IMG/VR virus record: IMGVR_UViG_3300030117_006323
Coordinates: 1 to 64,000 of that record
Length of the DNA: 64,000 bases
Source of the DNA: a virus
Direction: 5' to 3' (one strand)
The notes under the pieces were generated by a model. It saw only the letters and a program-made list of their open reading frames with translations, had not been told where the DNA came from and ran no database searches. Within the stretch, counting starts at the first letter, position 1. Each line of letters begins with the position of its first letter. The translations under genes were made by a program, and so were the position numbers. Below, piece after piece: positions 37,901 through 45,985 of this stretch.

Positions 37901-40900
37901 ATTCTGTGTGCCGTCATTGACATCCATAACTACACCACTGAATCCACCACCGAAATAGACAGGGACGCTGTGGTCAGGGCTATCTCGCCCGCCCCTGAAG
38001 TAAACTAGAGGTTCACCGTATGAATTACCGGACCTTCTTATCCCATCGAATGCAATTGTATCTGCAACAGAGCCGTAAGTCGAAATGACACAATCGTTGT
38101 TTGCGGTTTCAAAGGCTTCAATATTCGCCTCAAAGTTATCAGATACAGCACCACCTGTTGCGCGTGATTTCCACATTAGGAATAATTCCGGGTCTGTGGC
38201 ATTTCGTGTACTTTCAGCAATAACCCAATCCTTATCGTTTAGCCAATATCTACGGCGCTCACCCCAAGAATCAGCATTAGCGGAAGCAGGAATAGCCATG
38301 TGCCAAAGATAACCTGTGCCACTGGCTGCTCCAACTTTGATTGTCCGTGGATTAGAACTGGTATCAATTGTCGTAGAATCGCCGTCAATCAGTGCAGTTC
38401 GATTTTCAATCATAGGCAAGATGTAATCTCCGGGCTTGTCCACATAACGTGCTCCTCGTAGATTCTGCCTCCATGTGGTCACATCAACAGCATTGTTCAT
38501 CGTATCGACTAAAATGGGTGTGGCTGTATTCGCGTTGGTTCCTCTCGATTTGGTACGGAGGTGTAATACTGTCTCAGGTAAATACCCACATGCAGTACGC
38601 TCACCGGCTGTCAATTGATTAACTGACATAATTGCAGCATTTGTGCTACCACTGATACCCCAGTCTTTGGATAGTGAAGATTCAAACAAACAACGCAGTG
38701 GTGTAATATCGTGGTTTTGGCTATGTGCGCGCACACGGATGGCACCCGCATCCACGCCCCACTCACCGAGTGTGCGACCATCTGCTGCTCTCATATTGGT
38801 ACAATCAAATGTTGTGGCACTATCAGAATTAGGGTCATCCATATTGATAGCGAAATTAACAGCCGCTGCTATGACCTCATCTGTAAGTAATGTGGTCCAC
38901 CCAATCCGAGGGCTGATAATCAAACCACTATCACCGTTCGGTAAAGCAGTATTCCCGGTTACACCGTAGAACTTGTGTGTCCCACTTTTACTACTATGAG
39001 TACGACCTGTGTAAGAAAACGTCAATCCAGTTTCCGCTGCTGTTCCGGGTTTACTGGTTTGGAAAACACCGGCATCGGGGAATCCTAGATAGCCCAAAAT
39101 ATCATCGTGGCTGTGGGTGCCACCACTATGATATGGGTCTGGTAATTCGATTGTCACTGTTGTTCCGCTAACACTGACGTTATCAATTTCAATTCCTACA
39201 TTCGGGCAAGGGAATGGTTGCCATTTGTTCCCAACCCAAGTCGCAGTGCCTACCATAGACTCTGTTTCCAACAATCGCCCTGTGGCTTCTCCAATGCCCC
39301 ACATGTGTTTCCCGATTGTGAATCCACCTGACCCACAATCACGGTCATCGAACCAAATACACACTTCTTGGTCGATTGTAGGAGGTAGTGTACTGTTGTC
39401 GTAGGAGAAAGATTCGCCGAATTCAGAATAAATAAAGCGCAATGTGTGGGCTCGCCCAAGATGGTCAGTCAAACGAAGACCATACAATTGATTGCCAATA
39501 GCATCATCTTGTATTTCAGCAGAAGGAACATGTCCTTTCTCCACACCTGTATCATCAGGTGTAGTGTAATCTACTTCTGTCAAAGTGCCATTTTTACCAT
39601 AAGCATGTAAGTATCGAGTATTACCTTCTTTGCCCATGCCCCAAGGTCCTGCTCTAGGGCTAAACCCGGGCACACCAGAAGCAACTAAACCACCAAAATT
39701 GATGCGTGCTTGGGCTCTAGTTCCTAGCCGTAACCCTTGTGTCAACACAGAATCCGGGCTTTGGCTTTCATAGGAATCTTGGTAAACAGTGTTCTTGGAA
39801 TAACCACTAACACCCATGTTGTTCGCATTGGTGATAGCCGCATCTGTTTTTGAGCCATAATTCAGATTGTTCATGAATACATCTTCTGGCTCTTCTGGAG
39901 GTAGATATTCATTGAGAGTTGTAATCGGAGCAAAGGGCCTGCCATCTTTGTTGATAGGCATAGGTGCTGGATGCATATTTTCCATTAACACTTCATCCGG
40001 TCGGCACCAGAAATTACGGAATCGGCCACCATGTCCAATCAAGAATTTCGGTCGATAGGTACTCTGACCTTTGGAATTGTCTAACCATAGGCAGAAATTG
40101 CGCCCACTAGCACCGGGGACTGTACTATGGATGACAATGCTGAACCCTTCGTTTCCGTTTCCTTCAGCATCTTCTACTACACGGCCTAAGTGAGCACGCA
40201 CATAACCCATGTGTGACCCTCTATCGTGACTAGCAAATGCTTTGTCGATGTCCCAAAATGGAGCAGGGTCGTGTGTGCTACCCGTAGGAGAGAAATCGGC
40301 AGACAAGTGGGGTGCACTTGCATCAATCAAAGAGGGCTTGATGTTATCTCTCGGACCTTGAAGCACTTTGGAATGGCCGCCATCTTGGAAGATGCCGACT
40401 TTTTCTAAGCCCAATCGAGCGCTTTCACTTGGGTATTGGTTGGCAGGTCGGCGTGCATGAGTCCTCCCTTTAGGTGCTCCCGCTTGATTGATTAGACGGA
40501 CGACTTCTTGAGCCGCCGCTTGGATGTCCGTCACACCTTCCTTCACGCCAACTTCACCGAGGTCGATGGTCAGTCTTCGGACAAAATCCATTTGTGTCCA
40601 GTGGGATAGATGTTGCAAACGTGCCTCTTTGTGTGAGGTCAAATCTAGTGTTTCAGTTCTCTTGCCTTTGAGGCACAAGAATGCAGGTATAGCACGAGTC
40701 CCCTCCGGTGTATCAAAGAATGTGGCGTATTCTGCTTCGACTGCTTCACCAAGTGCTTGGAAGTGCCGATGTTTGAGAACAGCACTAGATGGACAACATG
40801 TCTCTTCATGTGTCCTAGGGGGTGAGCCGTCACCTACACAACCCCCTGCTTGAGGATGGTGGCCGTGGTCACCGTGTGCTTCAGTAGCAGCCCGATAATT

Positions 40901-43900
40901 CCATTCAGAATCATGGCTAAATGCTGCTTCCATAAATTCTGATGCTGCTGTAGGTGCCACGCTTTTATCTTCTGAAGGTTGGCCATTCTGTACATCTAAT
41001 TGGGTAGAATGATTCGCACTTGTAGGAGAGCCGTTAAAAGCGGCTGGGCCACTGACAAGATAACTGGCTGGAGTCCCAAACTTAGGTGTAGCGGGAGAAG
41101 ATTGTACTTGCATGTGAATATCATGCATAGCGATGAACTCTCTATCATGCGCAGTATCGTAGAGCAAAACGCGGGCAAATCCCGCTGTGGCTTGGTACGG
41201 GTCAACAAATGCGACAACAGGGGCACTATCATCACGCCCTAATTCTGCCCAATTCAATTCAATTGTTTTGTTGATGTGTTGTACAAAGTTGGTAGCGGTT
41301 TCTAAACAATCATTGCCAATCAAGAAGTTCTCCATTGGGATACTGTCTCTTGGTCTGTTAGCCAACGCTCCTTCGCCACCATTGAAATGCCGAGCAACTA
41401 ATGCTTCGTTGAATGTACCTCTGCTCTTGCAGAAGAGTCCTTCAACGGCATGAGGATTAGTGTAGTGCATGTTCATCCAAACTGTGTCGCCATCACGCAA
41501 ACCACCAGCCGCATACGGATGCAGCCAAGATGCATTTAGAGCGACATCTTCTTGCACTTGCGGATAAGCACTTGCAGAAATATTCCGGTAATCTTTGATG
41601 AACACTTCATCTCCAGCAGCAGGTCCCCAACCGCCAGATTTGGATGAGGCTATAATTGTCAATGTGTTTCCGTTAATGGTTTCGTATTGAGCGGTTTGTT
41701 CAGTGCCTGAAGAATCAATATACGCAACACGATACCGATATTGATAGGTCCCGCCTACTTTGTACAAGTCATCCATACCTGTCAGTGGGAAATCAGAAGC
41801 ATCTGTAAGAAGTAATGATGTACCACTCCAACTAATTACAGTTGAACGTGCTCTTCTGTTCTTCGTGCGTGGAAGGTGTGGGTTCTCTCTTGGGCCTGCT
41901 TTGAATTCTACTGCACTAACGTACTGTCTGAGACCGTAGTCAATGTTACCACCTTGTGTTTGGACATTTGCCCGGTCATAGTAGTAAGGCCGCCGTCCTT
42001 CATAGGCTGCACTCAGAATAGTAGGATGATTGCGGATGGCAGGGAAATTTTCATCGAATACACCGGGCCCCGGATACAATGCCATACCAACTTCATGTGT
42101 AGCCAAGAAATTTTCAGACATGCATTGGTCTAACAAATCATCATCGACAATTAAATCGTTCCCGCTAATCGAAGAATAGAGAATCCACTCTCCGTTGGGT
42201 AAGAATGCCCGTTGGTAAATTACAGCACCCGGTCTAGCACTGGCGGTTGCCCCAGTGTCTGTGTAATTGTTGAGTGCTGCCGCAGTAGTAGTCGAAGTTT
42301 CAAACATCCCTCCTTCTTCTACAGCCAGATAACCATGTGTGTCAATTCTGAAAAGTTGCTTGATATGTGTTCCTTTTCTCAAAGCGTTTTGGCCCTTGTT
42401 ATTTGCATGTGCACCGTAAATAGTACGGTCTGTCGGCGTATTGTCATCACAACGTCGCCCCACAGGATTTGGGGCCCATGTATGAGCAGTGTACGTACAA
42501 TCAACGTGAATTTTGAGCGAATTGTCAGGACCGGGTGAAATACAGGCTTCTTTGTTTTCAAAGAACAAATTTGGGAAAAGTGGTATTTCGACAAGAGCGC
42601 GAGTACCAGCATATTGAGTCCCTAATTGGTAATCGTGACTTACACTATCCATACGTTGGAACATACGGTCATTGATAGTAGAGCCATCATTACAGACAGA
42701 ACTCTCGCCAAACTCACCATCAACAAATAACAGAGTACCTGCGACAACACCGTTGTTAGCGACCCAATCGGCGAAGGTATCTGATTCAGTACCATTTCCA
42801 TTTAAGAAAGCAGCCGTTCCACCAGCACTAGAGCCACTGAATGTGAATACTGTGCCGCTTTTTGACGCATACAGAGCACTAGCCCCGTTCTCTAGATACA
42901 CTCGACCGACTTTCGGGAAGCAATACGTGCCCCAAGAAGCCAAATCACTTGAGTCGTTGTTGAGCGGTATAACCGTCAGAGTAGTAGAAGCAGTTGCAGA
43001 TATTTGCACCGCACAATCGCGCCGCGTATTCCATCCTAGGCGCGTGAATGGTGATGGGTCATAAGTCGGCTTTGTATTGATTGCACCTTGGCCGGGACCA
43101 CCTAGAGTCACAGTAACAACAGGAGAGCCGGGCATGACCTCTTTGACAACGTGTGAATCAGGGGCCCCTGAGCCAATGAAATCTACAGTTTTAGAAGAGG
43201 CATCTTCTGTAAGACCGACACAAGTCATTACAAGTGAATCTTCTCCATCAGAATCAGAATATGATTGTACGCGCATTTTAGAGACCAAATTACTGATACG
43301 GAATGTTGTCGATATATCCATTGTAGAGAGATTTTCTCCAACTGGCCATACTTTCAACAATTGCGTTGTTCTTGAACGGTCTGTTGGTTGGATGACTATT
43401 TTACTTGTTTCTTTCAATTTTCTATTCGCCAATGGACCTAATTCACCCGCAATGATGTCGAATGTTTCGTAAAGGTGGGATGAAATATCAGGGTCAGCAA
43501 TATCAAAAACACCAGCCCCCGTGTTACTTACAAAGGGCTGAAGATTATACACACCATATTCAGTGCGTTCCCCATAATTGTTGCCCGAGATTGTATCTGG
43601 AGTCATTTCTAGTAAATGGAAAACTGATGTTTTGGTTGAATCAGTGTGTTGAGCGGCAATTACTTGTGGCCCTCTGTTTGGAGGGTCGGTGGAAGTAAGT
43701 GGTGTGTAATTAACAGGTGTACGGCTTTCATCCAATTCATCTTCAAAATCAGAGCCTTCGTGGCCACTTGATTCAATGCTTTCTATCAAACCAGCAGGAT
43801 GATTACCACTATGTATTTCTCTAAATTCTAAAACCCCACCGGGTGAATACAAGAATGTCTCTTTCGCAGCATTGGCTAAATCAGAAGCAACCACATCATA

Positions 43901-45976
43901 CAAACGATTACCAGAGACTGGGAGTGTAATATCAAGAGATGGGACTGTTTTTTCTACAATTAGACATGGGGCCGTTAAACCCATACTTGCGCCTGTAATA
44001 TCAATTGCGTTGTAATACACATGAATAAAGGGAGCCATATTATCGTCGGCTAACGTAGGGACAGCCAAAACAGCAATGCGGCTTTCGCTAATTGGGCGAA
44101 GATGGGACTTTCGGATTGCATCAGTAGTCCCTTTTAAATTTGAAGGATATGGGCCTTTGAGCAAAAATGGCAAACAATCAAATTCTCTTTCTGTAATGGG
44201 TTCGCCCAAAAGTACAGAAGTCAAAACTTTGTCACTAGTAGATAAGCCACCGATGGCTAACATCTCGCGTCCATTGCCTGCACTCAAACCGTTACTTACC
44301 ATTTGGAAAGCAAAAGAGCCTGCTGTGAATTTAGCGACGGGAGCATTACATACATGCTGATACATATCAACTCGTGATTGCAATGGGACCGATTGTACTT
44401 CGGTGCGACTAGAAAAATCATAATAGAATTCTGATAAATCAGCGGAACCATCTGTCGATTGATGGACTATTTCTTCATTGGCAGGAGGCAATACAGATAA
44501 TGCAGAATGCCCTTTCACGGCCATAACACAATGTCTTGCTGTATGACCAATTTGAAAACCTGTATCTAGTGAAGCAGGCCAAACAGCAGCGAAAGGATTC
44601 TTTGGGTCTGTTGCTGTTGTCGCCATGCGTTTTGAATAAACTAAACCGTGTGAACCAATGGCTTCGTTCAAAACCATTTGACCTGTTCTATCGACAACTT
44701 GAGAACCATAATGAGGAGGTTGGTAAGGTTTTCCAGTCCCGCTGTCTAACAGTATATCTCCGACAACCAATACAAAATGGTCATCTGTATTTGCTGTCCG
44801 GCTGTGTAATACTCCTCTACGTGCGCCACCTATACCAAAATCCAAATGAATACTTTCGACACCAATGACTCCTGATGTCCCATTTACAGAAAGTAAGCGC
44901 AAACGCTCAGGTGGTTTGGCATTTGGTGTTTTGTTCAACGGATTTAGACCATCAGGGTTGAACAAAATATTGTACGGAGTATGAGGGATGAGTAAAGTCC
45001 CTGCCGTTCCCGGTGTAGACACATAGTCTGCCACTTCATAATTGCCACTAGAGTAGGGACCAGATGTATCTATCAAATTGATTTGAGAATTCGTAGATGC
45101 ATCGTATGCCTTCCCAGTAATGCTGGCTAAAATTGCTTGAGCACTAGCAGCAGGAATGGTAATTGTCTTAGTTGTTCCATCGCTAGCAGCCGAAAAAGCG
45201 CCACTTTGGTAAATTGTCTGATGGACATCTACGGGCTCTTCAAAACGATATTGAGCAATTAAATTAGTAGATTCAGGCGGGCTGACGGGTGACAGAATGT
45301 TATCTGTAAAACGAGAATACAATCTGATTTGCTCAATGGTACCTCTAAATTCTCCTCCTTTACCGCCAATATGGAAATCACCTGCATTATCTCTTAACAA
45401 CATTCTTGCATCAGCGGCGAATGTTTTTTTGGCGACAAGATTCCCATTGATGTAAATTGCCAACTGTTGAGATTGCATTACTGCTACAACATGTAATAAT
45501 TCTCGATGATTGATATTTAGTCCCGTGGCATCGGTTGATGATGTGTATGTGTTGTATGAACCATGGATGTCAGCCCCATGTCGTGGGAATACAAGCCCCG
45601 ACCATCGTGTAGGGCTTGCATCTGAGTCTTGAGATGCAGTCGTAAGATGCTCTAAAGTCCCATCAACGGTTTCGACAACTAATTTGGCAGGACCGGGTTG
45701 TTCAACAGAGCCTACTTTAAACTCAAAAACACCATCTTGCGAAAGAATAACACCACCACAATCTGGTCGTATCCAAGCGCTAACAACCAATTGCCTGTGT
45801 CTTAATTCATGCTGAGATGTTTTGTAACCATGTGCACTTTCACCTACGACAGAAAGCGATGATTTTCCACCGGGAACATCTACATAGGTTCGTGTGAAAG
45901 AAGCCTTTGGGATAACAATTGAGTCTGTAATTCCGTTAAAATACAACGCATGGTTTGTGTTTTTACGCAAAGACAA
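28931..45976 (-). CDS. giant (5681 aa) virion/tail protein with N-terminal and subterminal LamG/ConA-like domains
   Basis: Single 17-kb ORF; ALYFNG…SAWIRP…IGG…F.G.IE.IR and LALWL…W.DLSGN…G..AEII.YNRALS; TTG start with GAGGTG SD. Confidence 0.8.
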   Translation of the reverse strand: MSLRKNTNHALYFNGITDSIVIPKASFTRTYVDVPGGKSSLSVVGESAHGYKTSQHELRHRQLVVSAWIRPDCGGVILSQDGVFEFKVGSVEQPGPAKLVVETVDGTLEHLTTASQDSDASPTRWSGLVFPRHGADIHGSYNTYTSSTDATGLNINHRELLHVVAVMQSQQLAIYINGNLVAKKTFAADARMLLRDNAGDFHIGGKGGEFRGTIEQIRLYSRFTDNILSPVSPPESTNLIAQYRFEEPVDVHQTIYQSGAFSAASDGTTKTITIPAASAQAILASITGKAYDASTNSQINLIDTSGPYSSGNYEVADYVSTPGTAGTLLIPHTPYNILFNPDGLNPLNKTPNAKPPERLRLLSVNGTSGVIGVESIHLDFGIGGARRGVLHSRTANTDDHFVLVVGDILLDSGTGKPYQPPHYGSQVVDRTGQMVLNEAIGSHGLVYSKRMATTATDPKNPFAAVWPASLDTGFQIGHTARHCVMAVKGHSALSVLPPANEEIVHQSTDGSADLSEFYYDFSSRTEVQSVPLQSRVDMYQHVCNAPVAKFTAGSFAFQMVSNGLSAGNGREMLAIGGLSTSDKVLTSVLLGEPITEREFDCLPFLLKGPYPSNLKGTTDAIRKSHLRPISESRIAVLAVPTLADDNMAPFIHVYYNAIDITGASMGLTAPCLIVEKTVPSLDITLPVSGNRLYDVVASDLANAAKETFLYSPGGVLEFREIHSGNHPAGLIESIESSGHEGSDFEDELDESRTPVNYTPLTSTDPPNRGPQVIAAQHTDSTKTSVFHLLEMTPDTISGNNYGERTEYGVYNLQPFVSNTGAGVFDIADPDISSHLYETFDIIAGELGPLANRKLKETSKIVIQPTDRSRTTQLLKVWPVGENLSTMDISTTFRISNLVSKMRVQSYSDSDGEDSLVMTCVGLTEDASSKTVDFIGSGAPDSHVVKEVMPGSPVVTVTLGGPGQGAINTKPTYDPSPFTRLGWNTRRDCAVQISATASTTLTVIPLNNDSSDLASWGTYCFPKVGRVYLENGASALYASKSGTVFTFSGSSAGGTAAFLNGNGTESDTFADWVANNGVVAGTLLFVDGEFGESSVCNDGSTINDRMFQRMDSVSHDYQLGTQYAGTRALVEIPLFPNLFFENKEACISPGPDNSLKIHVDCTYTAHTWAPNPVGRRCDDNTPTDRTIYGAHANNKGQNALRKGTHIKQLFRIDTHGYLAVEEGGMFETSTTTAAALNNYTDTGATASARPGAVIYQRAFLPNGEWILYSSISGNDLIVDDDLLDQCMSENFLATHEVGMALYPGPGVFDENFPAIRNHPTILSAAYEGRRPYYYDRANVQTQGGNIDYGLRQYVSAVEFKAGPRENPHLPRTKNRRARSTVISWSGTSLLLTDASDFPLTGMDDLYKVGGTYQYRYRVAYIDSSGTEQTAQYETINGNTLTIIASSKSGGWGPAAGDEVFIKDYRNISASAYPQVQEDVALNASWLHPYAAGGLRDGDTVWMNMHYTNPHAVEGLFCKSRGTFNEALVARHFNGGEGALANRPRDSIPMENFLIGNDCLETATNFVQHINKTIELNWAELGRDDSAPVVAFVDPYQATAGFARVLLYDTAHDREFIAMHDIHMQVQSSPATPKFGTPASYLVSGPAAFNGSPTSANHSTQLDVQNGQPSEDKSVAPTAASEFMEAAFSHDSEWNYRAATEAHGDHGHHPQAGGCVGDGSPPRTHEETCCPSSAVLKHRHFQALGEAVEAEYATFFDTPEGTRAIPAFLCLKGKRTETLDLTSHKEARLQHLSHWTQMDFVRRLTIDLGEVGVKEGVTDIQAAAQEVVRLINQAGAPKGRTHARRPANQYPSESARLGLEKVGIFQDGGHSKVLQGPRDNIKPSLIDASAPHLSADFSPTGSTHDPAPFWDIDKAFASHDRGSHMGYVRAHLGRVVEDAEGNGNEGFSIVIHSTVPGASGRNFCLWLDNSKGQSTYRPKFLIGHGGRFRNFWCRPDEVLMENMHPAPMPINKDGRPFAPITTLNEYLPPEEPEDVFMNNLNYGSKTDAAITNANNMGVSGYSKNTVYQDSYESQSPDSVLTQGLRLGTRAQARINFGGLVASGVPGFSPRAGPWGMGKEGNTRYLHAYGKNGTLTEVDYTTPDDTGVEKGHVPSAEIQDDAIGNQLYGLRLTDHLGRAHTLRFIYSEFGESFSYDNSTLPPTIDQEVCIWFDDRDCGSGGFTIGKHMWGIGEATGRLLETESMVGTATWVGNKWQPFPCPNVGIEIDNVSVSGTTVTIELPDPYHSGGTHSHDDILGYLGFPDAGVFQTSKPGTAAETGLTFSYTGRTHSSKSGTHKFYGVTGNTALPNGDSGLIISPRIGWTTLLTDEVIAAAVNFAINMDDPNSDSATTFDCTNMRAADGRTLGEWGVDAGAIRVRAHSQNHDITPLRCLFESSLSKDWGISGSTNAAIMSVNQLTAGERTACGYLPETVLHLRTKSRGTNANTATPILVDTMNNAVDVTTWRQNLRGARYVDKPGDYILPMIENRTALIDGDSTTIDTSSNPRTIKVGAASGTGYLWHMAIPASANADSWGERRRYWLNDKDWVIAESTRNATDPELFLMWKSRATGGAVSDNFEANIEAFETANNDCVISTYGSVADTIAFDGIRRSGNSYGEPLVYFRGGRDSPDHSVPVYFGGGFSGVVMDVNDGTQNDYSDFYTHPYSEGPTGSAGLQNIGEKSTSYCLVDCAAMLAMFPGTPYLDNHKGENNPPFYNQDGILSPDLDAGNNSRTGTTGMASDSDYGYGAGANITKVTIPSPVILRFAHSHSRYSHDASSSGKTTYIVFGPGQAFPHNNAAIQPNLGKDTVKTLSGAAGEFTPNTLTSGDVNGRHSGGTLTPPSANFQIGNAKGWNYVDNWEPAQGKPNVRSAASVHGYDQTPYDGLYYGSHFTSGSYAPPPYAHPFDYAPTSLIGSSLRHAGFIWHMDGGYHPGGHFLDRHVLINAPHYKDSGTVTHNGTAKSHPSAFRVSGLLAASYGATSAYSTEEFVIVDATRVQNAEELAAVLSCSINEWPGRDPLKAIGGTFLPSFQTGHKQDRYGWQAFTAMEMAGEGGNPDFYEQIGGSGTNYRLNLLNPYGADLPPLPRYGWLRVGIGGNDNGSGAARVASYSVGATAVYAPYHTMTVPNPGHLQVTLDVNRGGTKQLEESVVDTATAATASTVNAVKAEATVYIWTKAGAHIFNNGRTNSGANSQNHMCQVHFNGLMDAIDRTRAVGAIGWHGERYSYLNSLDLRNPDDASTAVYAAGLGAWHPYLGFSPYGASSTCQGSVIPVSRESGTMNYTYNSVCPQGLSPRHLVAVTYESELALIAKADRDGTKGVGDWLYAAQVKSGVSNTQEFGGTIAVADQVFNLDRYVAPANAGPNVEAQIVTGQTQPTNTASYNNVGTESHWHSRVTAASQMSLLTSCAVPTGDLFWDESSVYSNRLHADKNSLSVNCNVSGTTATPPDDLEPWNYWAARSPARNFTIEHIVWKRMDGGNLTMPACNARGLGAVPFTTRVSGVNAYTMGETIYGNCRFSFESTNSAMFPIIQAQELSHPQLAEQPVGSELQNVLTIPNEETQFESVEVMDDTGQIHVIEGGSPFGTIIRDFELVSDRSSEGLSPTLANSGLAPNMRIRLPDPDTIPGNIIVRSGFDRIQSYQNETLGSGGMMHPAQPVQGITDTFTDSAKGPRGWPTWENKGWEHISQDADDSSLTAGETRLAFPDQHSKGWDDHTDGNPLETAYEQHDRTLFFHVTKMGHTGSSRNPTAISSGSIVSDPLTFSSSGTNTVTAGSSPNAAVWKIDSEKTADGRWFARVEDATGQGALFSYTNISSANFTGVVFDPDFSTFISGKTGLVIKPSWYIPAGSNRFFAARRLRDHSEISGNSPDAKRLDWTETNPVTLLTKPKLTPMPIPRMGHHYVTPSMMVMPGHFSHPAYERAFNLHYGCRSSSKTAIDDDTSLAITNIPVRDPLVWFSTPSSALRPSDIHGGAFTLLTETKVAYDGYGIAASKGAAGTANAAGKHIIYLEAAGTYSLKPHFPDPIEVGAYQIIIQPNLHKQQFSGFHRNGAATALPDGSAVELTGQQVNLVIGLEHDAAGSTGAVGLLLAEATMADTRGCEIFINEVMLDLDPDPGSQFTNIPTLGLYNPIGVNENTSPPFSRRSLPYRPGTFERATPGYTLTVPWWAILHRSKPTSSIASGYVFNEWHKPDDYYQFCRATYGAVGCQITLAGYPSIYPDIYENHFRARSLNPHCVVLSLSSTNRTITVDNNELFPVDSFYGEVLEYIDNEGSRQTATYTHRTGTKSHSLEVGPTKFENVIAVTPAFWTKLAAAEILRLSRPYDTTPAGSIFQASTTSAITRVLPQTYHGSRDTNSLHQADAFLCLWHPNLGRPYTFYSDTGRTFYTNTGAADTPQDKKGLNHIPEHFETIHYHDFLYSISKGPFSFDMKGQAPASDGTAQNASDLTNHQGDGSRQYVGFWPGGSRGGPAGSRLDGYGYIKAGWGDNDYGMECTPYSYDTSTGGIDQLLLASINIGASKPSAGNTIVITSAAKTTKTYTAVSGSATITSNQFSVDNTNADVAESLLLAIKHASGHNGEIDVTRASGVLTLTDTPSEVKNQSLIVSNLANTTVTQFSGTHTLLSTLEHDRQYCFGYRFAVRPPFNRPRWSPGIRGIDEVEETAATASITFTGDPTTDRTIILISTDGTTKTYTAKNTAAFASNQFDANGGAAANATSLKGAVEHASGHNGKILVADDGAGTLTFTQNVAGSAGNTVIVSTLDNTTHTSFTGGHSSSAEYNMTGYSHGPFVAQDSRTQASGGWKENADAGLSGAADIVWNATNAGILERQTQATAMLGNDQTMRQVRYSHGRRMTRPFGCPTRTVRNASTVRKKYPGDDSGLGIDEIAEAHRFYLVDWWGNTRGEDVRRFPARGFGIRPAWDPEEAYTDDAYANLKPSATDLWHDDGASYKTEQEGTTNSTNNSDMTRVDWFNPKRAQRIGDRGDGRGMRWPTVFNESLLHDISEDLLPAGLVLSHSTAEPPFTTGYLRPANSAPASTEIPRGISARLGVAQDGLLKPEANVSEKVETVSGTFTIGGVTLADPMSRSAPRIGLDVETIEAISGGQETDHIAMSTQAHSLHTDKEVGQRLSLRGAFNAGSTTLTHFDLTTPTWATQPDAAVVRLSNAHAMWPLGGTYVLEVRNYAQPFDDSGWGQQMPLSGLALWLKSDSLDLAGGAAVTQWDDLSGNSRHFTQSTSSLQPSYVASDSDFNSKPVVNFDGSDKLALNFDAGLNTNEFTVFIVTAVSSDTDAIEAIIDSRSSSPVTRSGFNFYADMRNTGGNNNWEFWVGADSSWKALSASGDSASTSGVPSILVGQVSGGNGAGASATQLFRVDGVQVGTQSANFYKSTADASQLGTNATSSYQLNGDMAEIIQYNRALSTTEIEQVEAYLASKYGIGSTSTFKSWNPSNPYQDGPVVSSTAGTHNAVSGTQMNYFDKTVRFLLRPSRVLDNRHVEIFRADSVTKSSTPQDGNDAYRSTSGGKYGLFNYDMPNARTGTVTPVSPPYSPSYTIDSAAPTLSLSSGPNIPGADVSGYSVALDKTVARILITENTLEHFRSDAPRRRFYSTDADGSSITRRDYSVQPRHSQTLHAKGEEGTASYNTGDHSGE

Positions 45977-45985
45977 AATAGCACC

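Noticed and set aside
28931-45976. Diversity-generating retroelement targeting the giant protein
   Set aside because: No reverse transcriptase in the window and no near-identical TR/VR pair noticed; the duplicated modules are diverged at all positions.
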